IMG/VR virus record: IMGVR_UViG_3300046780_000148
Location: 8,848-72,847 of that record
DNA length: 64,000 nt
Source of the DNA: a virus
Strand: one strand, 5' to 3'
A model generated the notes under the pieces. It ran no database searches. It saw only the letters and a list, made by a program, of their open reading frames with translations, and was not told the DNA's origin. This document shows, one piece after another, positions 26,584 through 35,907 of this stretch. A program made the translations under genes and the position numbers. Each line of letters opens with the position of its first letter. The stretch's first letter is position 1.

Positions 26584-27489
26584 ATGCGAGACCGATCTGA
26601 AATCCTTGATACCGTCACTGACTCCGTCGCCATCGTTTCGGGCGGCATGGATTCCATCACCATGCTGTACGATATGATTACTAACGGACTTACTCCTCGG
26701 GTACTGTCCTTCAACTATGGTCAGCGGCACAAGAAGGAATTGGACTACGCACGTATCCACGCAGACCGAATGGGACTCCCGCACAACATCGTTGATCTAA
26801 GTTCGATCACACACCTGATCAGCAATAGTGCTTTGACTTCTCCTTATGACATTATGGAAGGTCGAGCAATTGACGTTCCCGAAGGTCACTATGCAGCAGA
26901 CAACATGGCACTTACGGTTGTTCCGAATCGTAATATGATCATGGCCGCGATCGCTGCAGGCGTTGCAGTCAACGATAAGGCATGTACGATCGGTATTGGT
27001 ATCCACGCCGGAGATCACTACCAGTATCCGGACTGCCGTCCGGAGTTCATCAAGGCGCTCGAGCACTGCATCCTCGTTGCTACGAACGGCTTCAACAACT
27101 TCAAGGCCGGCTATAGCACAAGCAAGTCACTTGCCTCCGATCCGATTAAGTACCAGCAGGCAGAACTCGACATCTTTGGCGGTGTGGAAGGTCAATTCGG
27201 CATGGCTGAAGTAGGTACTATCTATGCACCCTTCCTAATGAAGACCAAGGCAGACATCGCATTCATGGCGCTCGAGATGCAGATCCCTCTTGACCTGACC
27301 TGGTCTTGCTACAAGGGCGGCGACGTCCACTGTGGTCGTTGCGGTACTTGTGTTGAGCGCCTTGAGGCTATTGCTGAAGCAGGTGCCAAGATGAACGAAT
27401 CAATGATGACTTGGGAAGACAACACAATCTATGCAGACACCGAGTTCTGGAAGGCTACGGTCAAACCGGCTACCCCCGAAGACGTGTAG
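26584..27489 (+). CDS. queC: 7-cyano-7-deazaguanine synthase
   Basis: SGGMDS, YGQRH, VPNRN, YPDCRPEF, TWSCY...CGRCGTC. Confidence 0.95.
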   Translation: MRDRSEILDTVTDSVAIVSGGMDSITMLYDMITNGLTPRVLSFNYGQRHKKELDYARIHADRMGLPHNIVDLSSITHLISNSALTSPYDIMEGRAIDVPEGHYAADNMALTVVPNRNMIMAAIAAGVAVNDKACTIGIGIHAGDHYQYPDCRPEFIKALEHCILVATNGFNNFKAGYSTSKSLASDPIKYQQAELDIFGGVEGQFGMAEVGTIYAPFLMKTKADIAFMALEMQIPLDLTWSCYKGGDVHCGRCGTCVERLEAIAEAGAKMNESMMTWEDNTIYADTEFWKATVKPATPEDV

Positions 27490-27522
27490 ATCTCCACAGG
27501 ACGCGACAGATGGGAATGTGTA

Positions 27523-28002
27523 ATGAGAGAACCTACTGAAGGACTGGCACACGTAGAAGGTGTTGCACCTCCTAAGGTTGCAATGTCTCCATACGAAAAA
27601 ACAGCGCCATGTAAGGGCTGTAGCACAGTCAAGCCGGTTAGTTGTTACTGTACAACAAAGGGTTGCCCAGAAGCTCAGCCGACTGATGAAGACGAATCGA
27701 CGTTCGAGGCACATCTCGAAGGTATGGATTGTGGTCGTCGTCCGTGTAAGACTTGTGAAGCACCACCTAGGCTTGCTGCAGCATCAGAACAACCTATGCC
27801 GGATAACAATCATAGCTACATGACACCTATCGGCGATATGGTCATCGAAGATATCAAAGCACGAATGGCAGTAGGGATACAGACCTATGGCACCTATCTT
27901 CGACCCCACAACGGTCGCAACGCTCTTCTCGACGCTTATCAAGAAGCTCTTGACCTCGCGTGCTACCTGAAGCAACGCCTCGTAGAGGAAGGCATTCTGT
28001 AA
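27523..28002 (+). CDS. putative all-alpha NTP pyrophosphohydrolase with Cys-rich N-terminus
   Basis: R...G...YG...AYQEALDLACYL. Confidence 0.6.
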   Translation: MREPTEGLAHVEGVAPPKVAMSPYEKTAPCKGCSTVKPVSCYCTTKGCPEAQPTDEDESTFEAHLEGMDCGRRPCKTCEAPPRLAAASEQPMPDNNHSYMTPIGDMVIEDIKARMAVGIQTYGTYLRPHNGRNALLDAYQEALDLACYLKQRLVEEGIL

Positions 28003-28220
28003 TGCAGGTAGGTAAAGAACCCACATTTACCATCCGCGCTCGTGACGACCTTATCGTTGCTACGCTAACCAAGTACGCCTTCCTGTGTGAGAACGAAGGA
28101 CTGGTGGATCAGGCAGCCGAAGTAGATAAGGCACTAGAGGAAATTATTCACTGGCGCGCAACTAATCCTGAACTGTGTAAGCTCCCTAATCACAAGCACA
28201 TTCCTGTCAAGGAGAGGTAA
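28002..28220 (+). CDS. hypothetical protein
   Basis: TAATG coupling; EPTFTIRARD. Confidence 0.65.
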   Translation: MQVGKEPTFTIRARDDLIVATLTKYAFLCENEGLVDQAAEVDKALEEIIHWRATNPELCKLPNHKHIPVKER

Positions 28221-28723
28221 TGGAAATCTTTGTAACGCACAATATGGAAGTAGCACACCGACTCTTCTTGCAGCCTGGTAAGTGTCAGCAGATCCATGGG
28301 CACAGTATGGAAGTAACTCTTAACCTCCGTGGTGATGTCAATAAGGATGGCATCTTCGAAGGACTTGACTTCGGATACATCAAGAAGCACTTCCGTGCCT
28401 ACCTCGATCACATGTACGATCACCACTTGCTTCTGAACAAGGACGACCCGTGGGCAACACGCCTTTGGCATCGACCTAGTCGTGATGACAGCCCGCCCAG
28501 TCCTGAAGCTGCATGGCTAGCAGAGCCATCACATCTACCAGGTCTCGTTCCTTGCGATGGAGATCCGACTACGGAGAACCTCGCCAAGTGGATCTGCTCT
28601 TGGGCGTACGACATGTTCCGACTCGAATGCAGTGTAACCATCCAAGAGACAATGACGAACGGTGCATCGTTCTCTAGTAATGATTTGCCTCCGCTGAATG
28701 ATGGTAACGACTATGACGTCTGA
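28220..28723 (+). CDS. queD: 6-carboxytetrahydropterin synthase
   Basis: AHRL...CQQIHGHS...DFG...DHHLLLN...PTTENLA...ET. Confidence 0.92.
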   Translation: MEIFVTHNMEVAHRLFLQPGKCQQIHGHSMEVTLNLRGDVNKDGIFEGLDFGYIKKHFRAYLDHMYDHHLLLNKDDPWATRLWHRPSRDDSPPSPEAAWLAEPSHLPGLVPCDGDPTTENLAKWICSWAYDMFRLECSVTIQETMTNGASFSSNDLPPLNDGNDYDV

Positions 28724-28967
28724 GTACGAAGACAAAGCGAACGAGTTCTTCGGTCTTGAACTCGCTACAGCTGTACGAGAAGGACTTGTCGTACGAGGAT
28801 TCAATCCGGCAGATAGCTATGCGTTGGAGATTACTCCAGAACTTGCGGCACAGGAACATGAACAGAATCTTACTCCAGGCTTCCACATCTTCGCAGAAGG
28901 CCTTCCCGTAGGAATTATCGATCTCGAAAAGACAAAGGTGTCATGGCAAAATGACAATCAAAATTAG
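28698..28967 (+). CDS. hypothetical protein
   Basis: ORF between queD and queE. Confidence 0.55.
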   Translation: MMVTTMTSEYEDKANEFFGLELATAVREGLVVRGFNPADSYALEITPELAAQEHEQNLTPGFHIFAEGLPVGIIDLEKTKVSWQNDNQN

Positions 28968-29706
28968 TCACATCTTTGGGCCGACTATTCAGGGTGAAGG
29001 TTCAGCTGCTGGAAGGCACTGCCTCTTCGTTCGTGTGTACAACTGCAACCTAGAATGCACCTGGTGTGATACTGCTTACACGTGGGCAGACACTCCCACT
29101 AAGGCCGAGAAGACTATCTCTGGCGAGCTCTTCGATCGGAACGAACCCAAGTACGGCCTTAAGAAAATGTCTGTACGAGAAGTTCTGGAAGCGCTACGCT
29201 GCCTGTGGGACATCGAGAACATGCCAACCATTATTGTCGTATCAGGTGGCGAGCCTATGATGCAGCAGGCAGAACTACTTCCCTTGCTACGAATTCTTAC
29301 CTCCTACGGTCACGAAGTACACATTGAGACCGCAGGCACTATCGCACCCACCAAAGAGTTCAATAGTGTTGTTACACAGTACAACTGTTCACCAAAGCTC
29401 TTGCACAGTGGCAACGTCCTCTCGAAGAGATTCAAGCCAATTGTGATTAAGGCTATCAACGACACGAATAAGGCCTGGTTCAAGTTTGTCGTTAGTGATG
29501 ATATCGATGTGTGCTTCGAAGAGATTGCACATATCGCGACGACATGCGATCTTCCTTACGACCGTATTATGGTTATGCCAGAAGGTTCTACTCCCTCTGA
29601 AAATATTGCACTAGCGCAGAAGATTGTCGACCGTGCCCTAGTTCGTGGTTGGGGCCTTTCATTCCGTACGCACGTCCTTTTGTGGGGAGACGATAAAGAC
29701 AAATGA
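28951..29706 (+). CDS. queE: 7-carboxy-7-deazaguanine synthase (radical SAM)
   Basis: TIQGEG...CNLECTWCDT...SGGEP...ETAG...SPKL. Confidence 0.95.
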   Translation: MTIKISHIFGPTIQGEGSAAGRHCLFVRVYNCNLECTWCDTAYTWADTPTKAEKTISGELFDRNEPKYGLKKMSVREVLEALRCLWDIENMPTIIVVSGGEPMMQQAELLPLLRILTSYGHEVHIETAGTIAPTKEFNSVVTQYNCSPKLLHSGNVLSKRFKPIVIKAINDTNKAWFKFVVSDDIDVCFEEIAHIATTCDLPYDRIMVMPEGSTPSENIALAQKIVDRALVRGWGLSFRTHVLLWGDDKDK

Positions 29707-30041
29707 CTACTAAGCCTAATACCCAATATGAAGTCCGCAAGGGCTTCCGCAGCTCTAAGAAGTTCCTTACCAAATCCCAAGTAGCGGCCCTAGTCTCCGA
29801 TGGATATATTGTCACTCCTGTGGAGCTCTTGGCTGGCGCAGGACGGGTGATTGATAACTACGAATCTGTTCTTGCGAGTGGTCTTTCTAAGGGACACATT
29901 CGAGGCTTCGAGAACATCAAGGCCGTACGTAAGTGGCACGGACGTACTAAGTGTGTTCCGCACCAGATCAAGACACACGTACGTTTCGTCAAGGATGACA
30001 ACGTGTACTACTACCCGCGCTACACGGAGGTCGCAGTCTAA
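29703..30041 (+). CDS. basic hypothetical protein
   Basis: ATGA overlap. Confidence 0.65.
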   Translation: MTTKPNTQYEVRKGFRSSKKFLTKSQVAALVSDGYIVTPVELLAGAGRVIDNYESVLASGLSKGHIRGFENIKAVRKWHGRTKCVPHQIKTHVRFVKDDNVYYYPRYTEVAV

Positions 30042-30634
30042 TGGAATTCGTTTGCGAAGCAGGATTGATCCTTAAGAAGTATGCGCATCTCAATCTCGAA
30101 GATGAGCACGGAGCAGACACACCTGATCGTTTCCTTCGTATGCTTGCAGAGATCACTCGATGCGCACCTAGCAGCGATACGGATGACCTTGATATGCACA
30201 TCGAGTACTGTATCAAGTGGAAGGACTTCCCCGCTGAAAGCAATGACTTGGTTCTCGTTGCACGAATTCCCTTTGTTAGCGTCTGCAACCACCACGTTCT
30301 TCCCTTTACAGGTACCGCAGATATTGCTTACATCCCTCGTGAAGATGGAAGAATGGCCGGACTATCCAAGTTCGGTCGAGTTGTTCAGCACTTCGCACGG
30401 CAGCTCCAGACACAAGAGCGACTGACTAGGCAGATTAGTGAGTTCTTGGATAGTCGCCTTGAGCCTGAAGGCCTTGCAGTGGTACTTCGTGCAGAGCACA
30501 CGTGCATGACGATTCGGGGACTGCAGGCTCCTGGCACGCTAACGACAACCTCATCCATGATGGGTGCGTTCGCTGATCACGCGCGTACTGCAAAGGCGGA
30601 GTTCCTTTCAATCATTAATGGTAGCGCTCGATGA
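30041..30634 (+). CDS. folE: GTP cyclohydrolase I
   Basis: TPDR...CNHHVLPF...GLSKFGR...QERLT...HTCMTIRG. Confidence 0.95.
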   Translation: MEFVCEAGLILKKYAHLNLEDEHGADTPDRFLRMLAEITRCAPSSDTDDLDMHIEYCIKWKDFPAESNDLVLVARIPFVSVCNHHVLPFTGTADIAYIPREDGRMAGLSKFGRVVQHFARQLQTQERLTRQISEFLDSRLEPEGLAVVLRAEHTCMTIRGLQAPGTLTTTSSMMGAFADHARTAKAEFLSIINGSAR

Positions 30635-31041
30635 ACAACGACTACGATGCACAGTATAGGCCCGGACGAAATAGTCGAGGAGATACAATTCCAATGGTTG
30701 CCGATACTGGAAAGGCTTTGAACAATCGTGCGCTCGAGGCCTTTGCTGACAACGTCGATTGGTTTCCTGACCTTGCACACGACGTTGTTCATCACGCTCT
30801 AGGTCTGTGTGGCGAGGCTGGCGAGGTTGCCAACGAAGTCAAGAAGTTCGATCGACGTTCCTTCTCTCAGCAAGAACTGATCGAGAAGCTCAAGGGTGAA
30901 TTGCCTGACGTTCTCGTGTACGTGTTTAGTATTGCCGGCATGTTCAACATCGATTTGGAAGAGGCATACGATGCAAAGCGACGATTCAATGCAAAGCGAT
31001 TCCAGTCAAGCGACGATGGACTTTCAAGCACTGGCGAATGA
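30631..31041 (+). CDS. MazG-like nucleotide pyrophosphohydrolase
   Basis: LGLCGEAGEVANEVKK...ELPDVLVY. Confidence 0.85.
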   Translation: MNNDYDAQYRPGRNSRGDTIPMVADTGKALNNRALEAFADNVDWFPDLAHDVVHHALGLCGEAGEVANEVKKFDRRSFSQQELIEKLKGELPDVLVYVFSIAGMFNIDLEEAYDAKRRFNAKRFQSSDDGLSSTGE

Positions 31042-31279
31042 GGCTAACGCACTCTTCGACAAGCAGTGCATTGCTCGGCACATTATGGGCGAAGAGAAGT
31101 ACGGACCTGTAAAGTTCCTGGAAGTGAACACGCTAGTTGAAGCTAGTGAAGAACTTGTCGACATAGCAAACTATGCACGCTACACATTCATCAAACTGTT
31201 TATCCTCAATGCACAAATTGATAGGGTTCAGGGTCAGCTACCCGACATGCTCGGTGCACAAAGTTTCATGAAAGGTTAG
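31016..31279 (+). CDS. putative all-alpha NTP pyrophosphohydrolase
   Basis: R...GEEKYG...EASEELVDIANYA. Confidence 0.6.
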   Translation: MDFQALANEANALFDKQCIARHIMGEEKYGPVKFLEVNTLVEASEELVDIANYARYTFIKLFILNAQIDRVQGQLPDMLGAQSFMKG

Positions 31280-31281
31280 AC

Positions 31282-32037
31282 ATGCATTTGGCACTAATCC
31301 CCCCTAAGGGATTGTTCTCAATGAACAATCATGGTACAGCTAATATGGCCCTTGCGCATCTTACAAGTACAGCTCGCTACGCTGAACCGTATCAGGTTTC
31401 GAAAAACCTTACCATGATCGATAACGGTGCCGCAGAAGGTGCACAAGTTGATAACGTAGAGCTTGTCAATGCAGCATCGTTTGTTAAGGCACAAGAAATC
31501 ATTTTGCCCGACTATCTTGGTGATGCTATGGAGACCAAGATATTGACGAACAAGTTCTTTTGCTTTTACCAGGAAGACAAAACGCTACCCCAGTTTAACT
31601 TCATGGGCGTAGTTCAAGGCCGCAACCTTCTCGAACTGCAACACATGGTAGACTTCTACTTGGATTATAGTCTCGTTACTACCATTGGTATTCCTCGATG
31701 GACTATAACTAAGTTCGAGCAGGGTGCATTTAGAATTGACTTTGCTCAGTGGTTGAATAAGAACTATCCACAATTGCAGATTCATCTCCTAGGTGCTTCG
31801 CCTGCTTGGCCTCAGGAGATCCTTCGCGCCGCAAAGTATGCACCCTTCATTCGATCGTGTGACACGTCGCTGCCATACAACTATGCAATACACCAAATCT
31901 ATCTGAATGAGGCTACCAGGGCAGTAGTAAAGAGACCGAAAAACTATTTCGAAACTACTTACTACCACCTGCTTAGGGATTCCTACGTTAAGCGTAACGT
32001 AGGTACCATGAAGTCATGGGCTCTGGGGTTGGCGTAA
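31282..32037 (+). CDS. TGT-fold transglycosylase (DpdA-like deazaguanine-inserting enzyme)
   Basis: MIDNGA, LPD, GVVQG, TIGIP, IHLLG, IRSCDTS; context next to que genes. Confidence 0.7.
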   Translation: MHLALIPPKGLFSMNNHGTANMALAHLTSTARYAEPYQVSKNLTMIDNGAAEGAQVDNVELVNAASFVKAQEIILPDYLGDAMETKILTNKFFCFYQEDKTLPQFNFMGVVQGRNLLELQHMVDFYLDYSLVTTIGIPRWTITKFEQGAFRIDFAQWLNKNYPQLQIHLLGASPAWPQEILRAAKYAPFIRSCDTSLPYNYAIHQIYLNEATRAVVKRPKNYFETTYYHLLRDSYVKRNVGTMKSWALGLA

Positions 32038-34388
32038 TGCGAAAGCATCCTGAAGCTAACTGCGAGAGCTGCCCATTACAAGGGCCCGAGAACACATACG
32101 TTCCATCTAGCATTCCGACTTCGCCTAAGATTATTTTGGTTGGCGAAGCACCTGGACAGGGTGAGGCCCAACGAGGTATTCCCTTCGTTGGGCCTTCGGG
32201 CCGTTTGATTAATATGGTCCTGAAGAACTACAAATTCAAACCAAATGAAGTGGCGTACACTAATGCATGTCTATGTCGTCCTCCTGGTAATGCGACTCCG
32301 CCTAAGGCTGCGGTTAATGCATGTCGTCAACGTCTCCTGTATGATATTACCCGGTCCGGAGCAACAGGTGTCTTGGCGCTTGGAGGCACAGCAGCATCAG
32401 CTCTGGTTGATGGTGGAGGGGCAATTACCTCACTCCGCGTCGGTCCTGCAAAGCTTCCACCCGCAGCGCTCAGGGACACAAGTGTTGAAAAAGTTGTCCC
32501 GACGTGGCACCCGGCGTACTGTCTCCGTAACGCTGACGCTTTCCCCTCGCTGGTAACAGACGTCGGGAAGCTACTTGAGAGCACGAGGAAGCCGTGGACC
32601 CCACCGACGTACAATGTCATCGACGATCCCGAACAGGCACTGGAATGGTTGGGATCGTTAACGGCTGAAGTATGTGTTGTCGATATCGAATGTGGCATCG
32701 AGAAGGACGACAGCTACGGACACCCCAACACATTTGAGATGCTCTGCATCGGACTTCAAATGGAAAAGGGTCACGCATTCGTTCTGGGATACAATGCTAT
32801 TCGACGAGTCGTAGATGGTGTTGCCGAACTTGCACAAGACGTACTCACAGCTCTCAGCAACTTCCTCAAGCGTACGAAGATCATTGCACACAACGGTAAG
32901 TTCGACCTAGCTGGATTGTACCCTCTCGTAGGGGCACAGGAACTCTGGTTCGATACTATGCTAGCACACTATGCTCTAGACGAGAGAGTGGGTGCACCGA
33001 TCCATGGACTTAAAGGTCTTGCCGTCGAATTCTTGGGAGCACCAAAGTACGACGACGAAATTAAAACATATGTGCCTCGTGGAGGAAATTACTCCAACAT
33101 ACCTAGGCCGCTTCTCTACAAGTACAACGCGTATGACGTTGATTGCACTTGGAATCTGTACGAGCTGTTTGCTGAGAAAATGGATCGAGACGGAGTTCGA
33201 CGGGTCCACGACTTCATGGTCCGAGCTGCAAATGCCCTTATGTACTTGGAGCTTAACGGAATTGCTTTTGATCGTGCATACTCCAATATGCTACAAAGTG
33301 ACTACCAAGCGAGGCTCACTGAGATCGAATCTACTTTCTGTGCCATCACAGATAATGGATCCTTTAATCCTCGTTCACCCAAGCAGGTAAAGGAGTTCTT
33401 ACATGGCCAAGGAATTAAGGTTCTATCTACCGACGCCGATACTCTTGACGGACTACGAGACAGAATTGATCCCAGAAGCACAGCTGGAAGATTTGTTGAA
33501 CAGCTTCTTCACTATCGACGGGAACAGAAACTGTATAGTACATACGTGGTCGGACTCCGAAAGAGACTATACCGTGGAAGAATATATACAACTTACCTCC
33601 TACACGGTACGACATCTGGACGCCTGGCAAGTCGGAACCCAAATCTCCAAAACATTGTTCGTGATAAGGGAATTAGACGGCAATTTTCTGTTAGCAAACC
33701 TGATAATGTATTTATCCAAGCAGACTACAAGCAAGCAGAAGGCCGTGTCATTGCCACACTCGCTCAAGACGAGTATCTCAGGGAGATCTTTCTAGACCCC
33801 ACCGTCGACATCTTCACCAACTTGGGTGTGAGTCTATACAAGTGTTCCCCTGAGGACCTACTCAAGGAACAGCGTATTCGTGTTAAGGCATTCTTCTACG
33901 GTCTAGGTTATGGTCGACAGTCGTACAGCATTGCCATGGAGTATGGGTTGACACCTGCTGAAGGTGAATCACTCATGCAAGACTTCATGAAGCTCATTCC
34001 AGCAACAGTTAAGTGGCAACAGGAAACACGAAGGAAAGTTCTTGCAGGTGAAGATCTTGTCACTCACATCGGCCGTCGTCGCCGCTTCCACCTCATTACC
34101 GAACAAAATCAAAAGGATGTCCTCAACGAGGCATTGTCCTTTAAGCCGCAATCCATTTCAAGCGATATTTGCTTGTCAGCGCTTATACGTTTGCGGCCAA
34201 TGCTCAAGGGACTCGGGTGGATCAGACTTACCATCCATGACGCCCTTGTTGTAGAATGTCCTGAACGTAATCGTGAAGTAGTAACGGACATGCTTAGAGA
34301 CGTCATGATTGAAGAGGGTCGTAAGTTCACCACGTACGTACCCTTCGCCGTCGATGTCAGCTACGGAAAGACATGGGGTGACCTTTAA
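32037..34388 (+). CDS. polA: DNA polymerase A with N-terminal family-4/5 uracil-DNA glycosylase domain and 3'-5' exonuclease
   Basis: CxxC, GEAPG..E, PFVG.SG, HPAY; DIE; SGRLASRNPNLQN, DYKQAE, K...YG..YG, HDA. Confidence 0.93.
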   Translation: MRKHPEANCESCPLQGPENTYVPSSIPTSPKIILVGEAPGQGEAQRGIPFVGPSGRLINMVLKNYKFKPNEVAYTNACLCRPPGNATPPKAAVNACRQRLLYDITRSGATGVLALGGTAASALVDGGGAITSLRVGPAKLPPAALRDTSVEKVVPTWHPAYCLRNADAFPSLVTDVGKLLESTRKPWTPPTYNVIDDPEQALEWLGSLTAEVCVVDIECGIEKDDSYGHPNTFEMLCIGLQMEKGHAFVLGYNAIRRVVDGVAELAQDVLTALSNFLKRTKIIAHNGKFDLAGLYPLVGAQELWFDTMLAHYALDERVGAPIHGLKGLAVEFLGAPKYDDEIKTYVPRGGNYSNIPRPLLYKYNAYDVDCTWNLYELFAEKMDRDGVRRVHDFMVRAANALMYLELNGIAFDRAYSNMLQSDYQARLTEIESTFCAITDNGSFNPRSPKQVKEFLHGQGIKVLSTDADTLDGLRDRIDPRSTAGRFVEQLLHYRREQKLYSTYVVGLRKRLYRGRIYTTYLLHGTTSGRLASRNPNLQNIVRDKGIRRQFSVSKPDNVFIQADYKQAEGRVIATLAQDEYLREIFLDPTVDIFTNLGVSLYKCSPEDLLKEQRIRVKAFFYGLGYGRQSYSIAMEYGLTPAEGESLMQDFMKLIPATVKWQQETRRKVLAGEDLVTHIGRRRRFHLITEQNQKDVLNEALSFKPQSISSDICLSALIRLRPMLKGLGWIRLTIHDALVVECPERNREVVTDMLRDVMIEEGRKFTTYVPFAVDVSYGKTWGDL

Positions 34389-34607
34389 ATGAAGCGAGTA
34401 GGAGACATACCAGAACTTGGAGACATTCTCGGTTACGGCCAGGATGCTGATAAGCGATACGCACGACTGGTCGGAATTCGTAAGGACAATTGTAGAGCTA
34501 TGGAGAGATTTATCTTTCGCCTCTTTCAAAGAGGTGACAAAGAATTCCCAACAGGTGAATATAAAACATCGTGGCTAATCGTGCCGTGGAGCGGACGTGA
34601 ACTATAG
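34389..34607 (+). CDS. hypothetical protein
   Basis: starts immediately after polA stop. Confidence 0.55.
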   Translation: MKRVGDIPELGDILGYGQDADKRYARLVGIRKDNCRAMERFIFRLFQRGDKEFPTGEYKTSWLIVPWSGREL

Positions 34608-34801
34608 TGGAAGTTCCTCCAGAGGATATGGATTGTCTAATCGCGGTAGCACAACTATACGTTAACGCATTTCGTGAAGACGAGATGATGTCGCTGACAG
34701 AGAAATTGGCACTACAAGAAGTCGAAGCAGTTGTCGAGAGGTGGACACGATCTGATGATGGGACAACCACTACAGGAAGTTACGTTCTCGACGATTTATA
34801 A
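34607..34801 (+). CDS. hypothetical protein
   Basis: TAGTG coupling. Confidence 0.55.
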   Translation: MEVPPEDMDCLIAVAQLYVNAFREDEMMSLTEKLALQEVEAVVERWTRSDDGTTTTGSYVLDDL

Positions 34802-35069
34802 CTGGGCACAAAGTCGCACAATCTTTAGATTGGAGAGCAATACGCATTACATGCAGACTTATGTCAATGACGAAATACTTGTGCGCTTAGCCTTCCCACC
34901 ATTCAGACTAATTAAAGATCATCTTGCAGATATGGCAAAGAGGTGGAACGAAATGGTTCCATCGTGGGATAAGGTTAGATTTGTTTACAGGTCGGAAATA
35001 GGTTGGTACATAGTTCATATTCTTGCACCTAAGGAGGAAGAGTGCCCCGAGGACAAGCAGCAGAAATAG
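34755..35069 (+). CDS. hypothetical protein
   Basis: ORF; start uncertain. Confidence 0.5.
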   Translation: MMGQPLQEVTFSTIYNWAQSRTIFRLESNTHYMQTYVNDEILVRLAFPPFRLIKDHLADMAKRWNEMVPSWDKVRFVYRSEIGWYIVHILAPKEEECPEDKQQK

Positions 35070-35365
35070 GTAACACAAATGTATCACAGAACGGATACAA
35101 TCACACACGTACTGAGGACGGCTGGAGACTTACACATCACCTAATTGCAGAAGCCGCAATGGGACGGCCGCTCAATACGGCTACAGAGACGGCGCGGTTT
35201 AAGGATGGCGACAAGACGAATCTCGACCCCGATAACATCGAAGTTGTCCCGAAGAAGACTGCGACAGCGAATAAGGTTCTTGCTAAGCTCATTGCGCAGC
35301 GAGCAGAAATCGATGCACAGATAAAACTGATCCAAAACGATATAGCTCTTAGAGCTAAAGAATAA
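35042..35365 (+). CDS. degenerate HNH-family protein
   Basis: HHLIAE..MGRPL...ARFKDGDKTNLDPDNI (catalytic His absent). Confidence 0.7.
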   Translation: MPRGQAAEIGNTNVSQNGYNHTRTEDGWRLTHHLIAEAAMGRPLNTATETARFKDGDKTNLDPDNIEVVPKKTATANKVLAKLIAQRAEIDAQIKLIQNDIALRAKE

Positions 35366-35473
35366 TTTGTCAAGCTATTTAACAAGCTTAGACTTTAGTT
35401 AGACAGAAGATTCATAGTAACGCCGTAGCTCTATATACGTTAAGGATCTTGATTGTTAGACTTTAGTTAAACT
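35343..35473. repeat. TTAGAC-arm element, copy E3 (direct arms; reverse of E5)
   Basis: TTAGAC at 35388, 35399, 35456; TTAAAC at 35467. Confidence 0.85.
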
Positions 35474-35626
35474 TGAGGAGATGATATGAAAGAGAAGCTT
35501 TGTAAATGTGGTCGCGGAACACAAAAGCCAGCTAACCAAGGAGGTACAGGCACAGGTAAGTACTGTTGTATGTACTGCGCTAGGCAAGAGGGATACCACA
35601 CGTTCCATTGCGACAAGAGGAATCGC

Positions 35627-35683
35627 CCCGGGCCCCCTGAAGGGTAGAACACCACAGGGCGCGAAAGATTGAAATTGGACCTC
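35627..35683 (+). repeat. 57-bp exact direct repeat, copy 1
   Basis: CCCGGGCCCCCTGAAGGGTAGAACACCACAGGGCGCGAAAGATTGAAATTGGACCTC, identical at 49806-49862. Confidence 0.9.
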
Positions 35684-35706
35684 GGATAAAATGAGAGATA
35701 AGTGCT

Positions 35707-35907
35707 ATGTATATTGACACGGTAAAGCTTTCGGGTAATGGTCCATACCATCTTGCGGTAAAGATTAGGATCAAAACGTGGAAAGCGTTCTGCAGGCCCA
35801 ATGGACGTTCCGAGACCTATACGTATCGTATTAGTGTTCCAGGGCCTGATCGACTCTGTGCCGATTGTCGGGCAGAGATCAAGCGCAAGAGGAATGGAGT
35901 CAAGTGA
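35707..35907 (+). CDS. small zinc-binding protein
   Basis: H...C...CADC. Confidence 0.5.
   Translation: MYIDTVKLSGNGPYHLAVKIRIKTWKAFCRPNGRSETYTYRISVPGPDRLCADCRAEIKRKRNGVK

Noticed and set aside
26584-30634. que genes as simple host tRNA-queuosine auxiliary genes
   Set aside because: No queF or queA; coupling to the TGT-like gene and polA favours DNA modification, though not excluded
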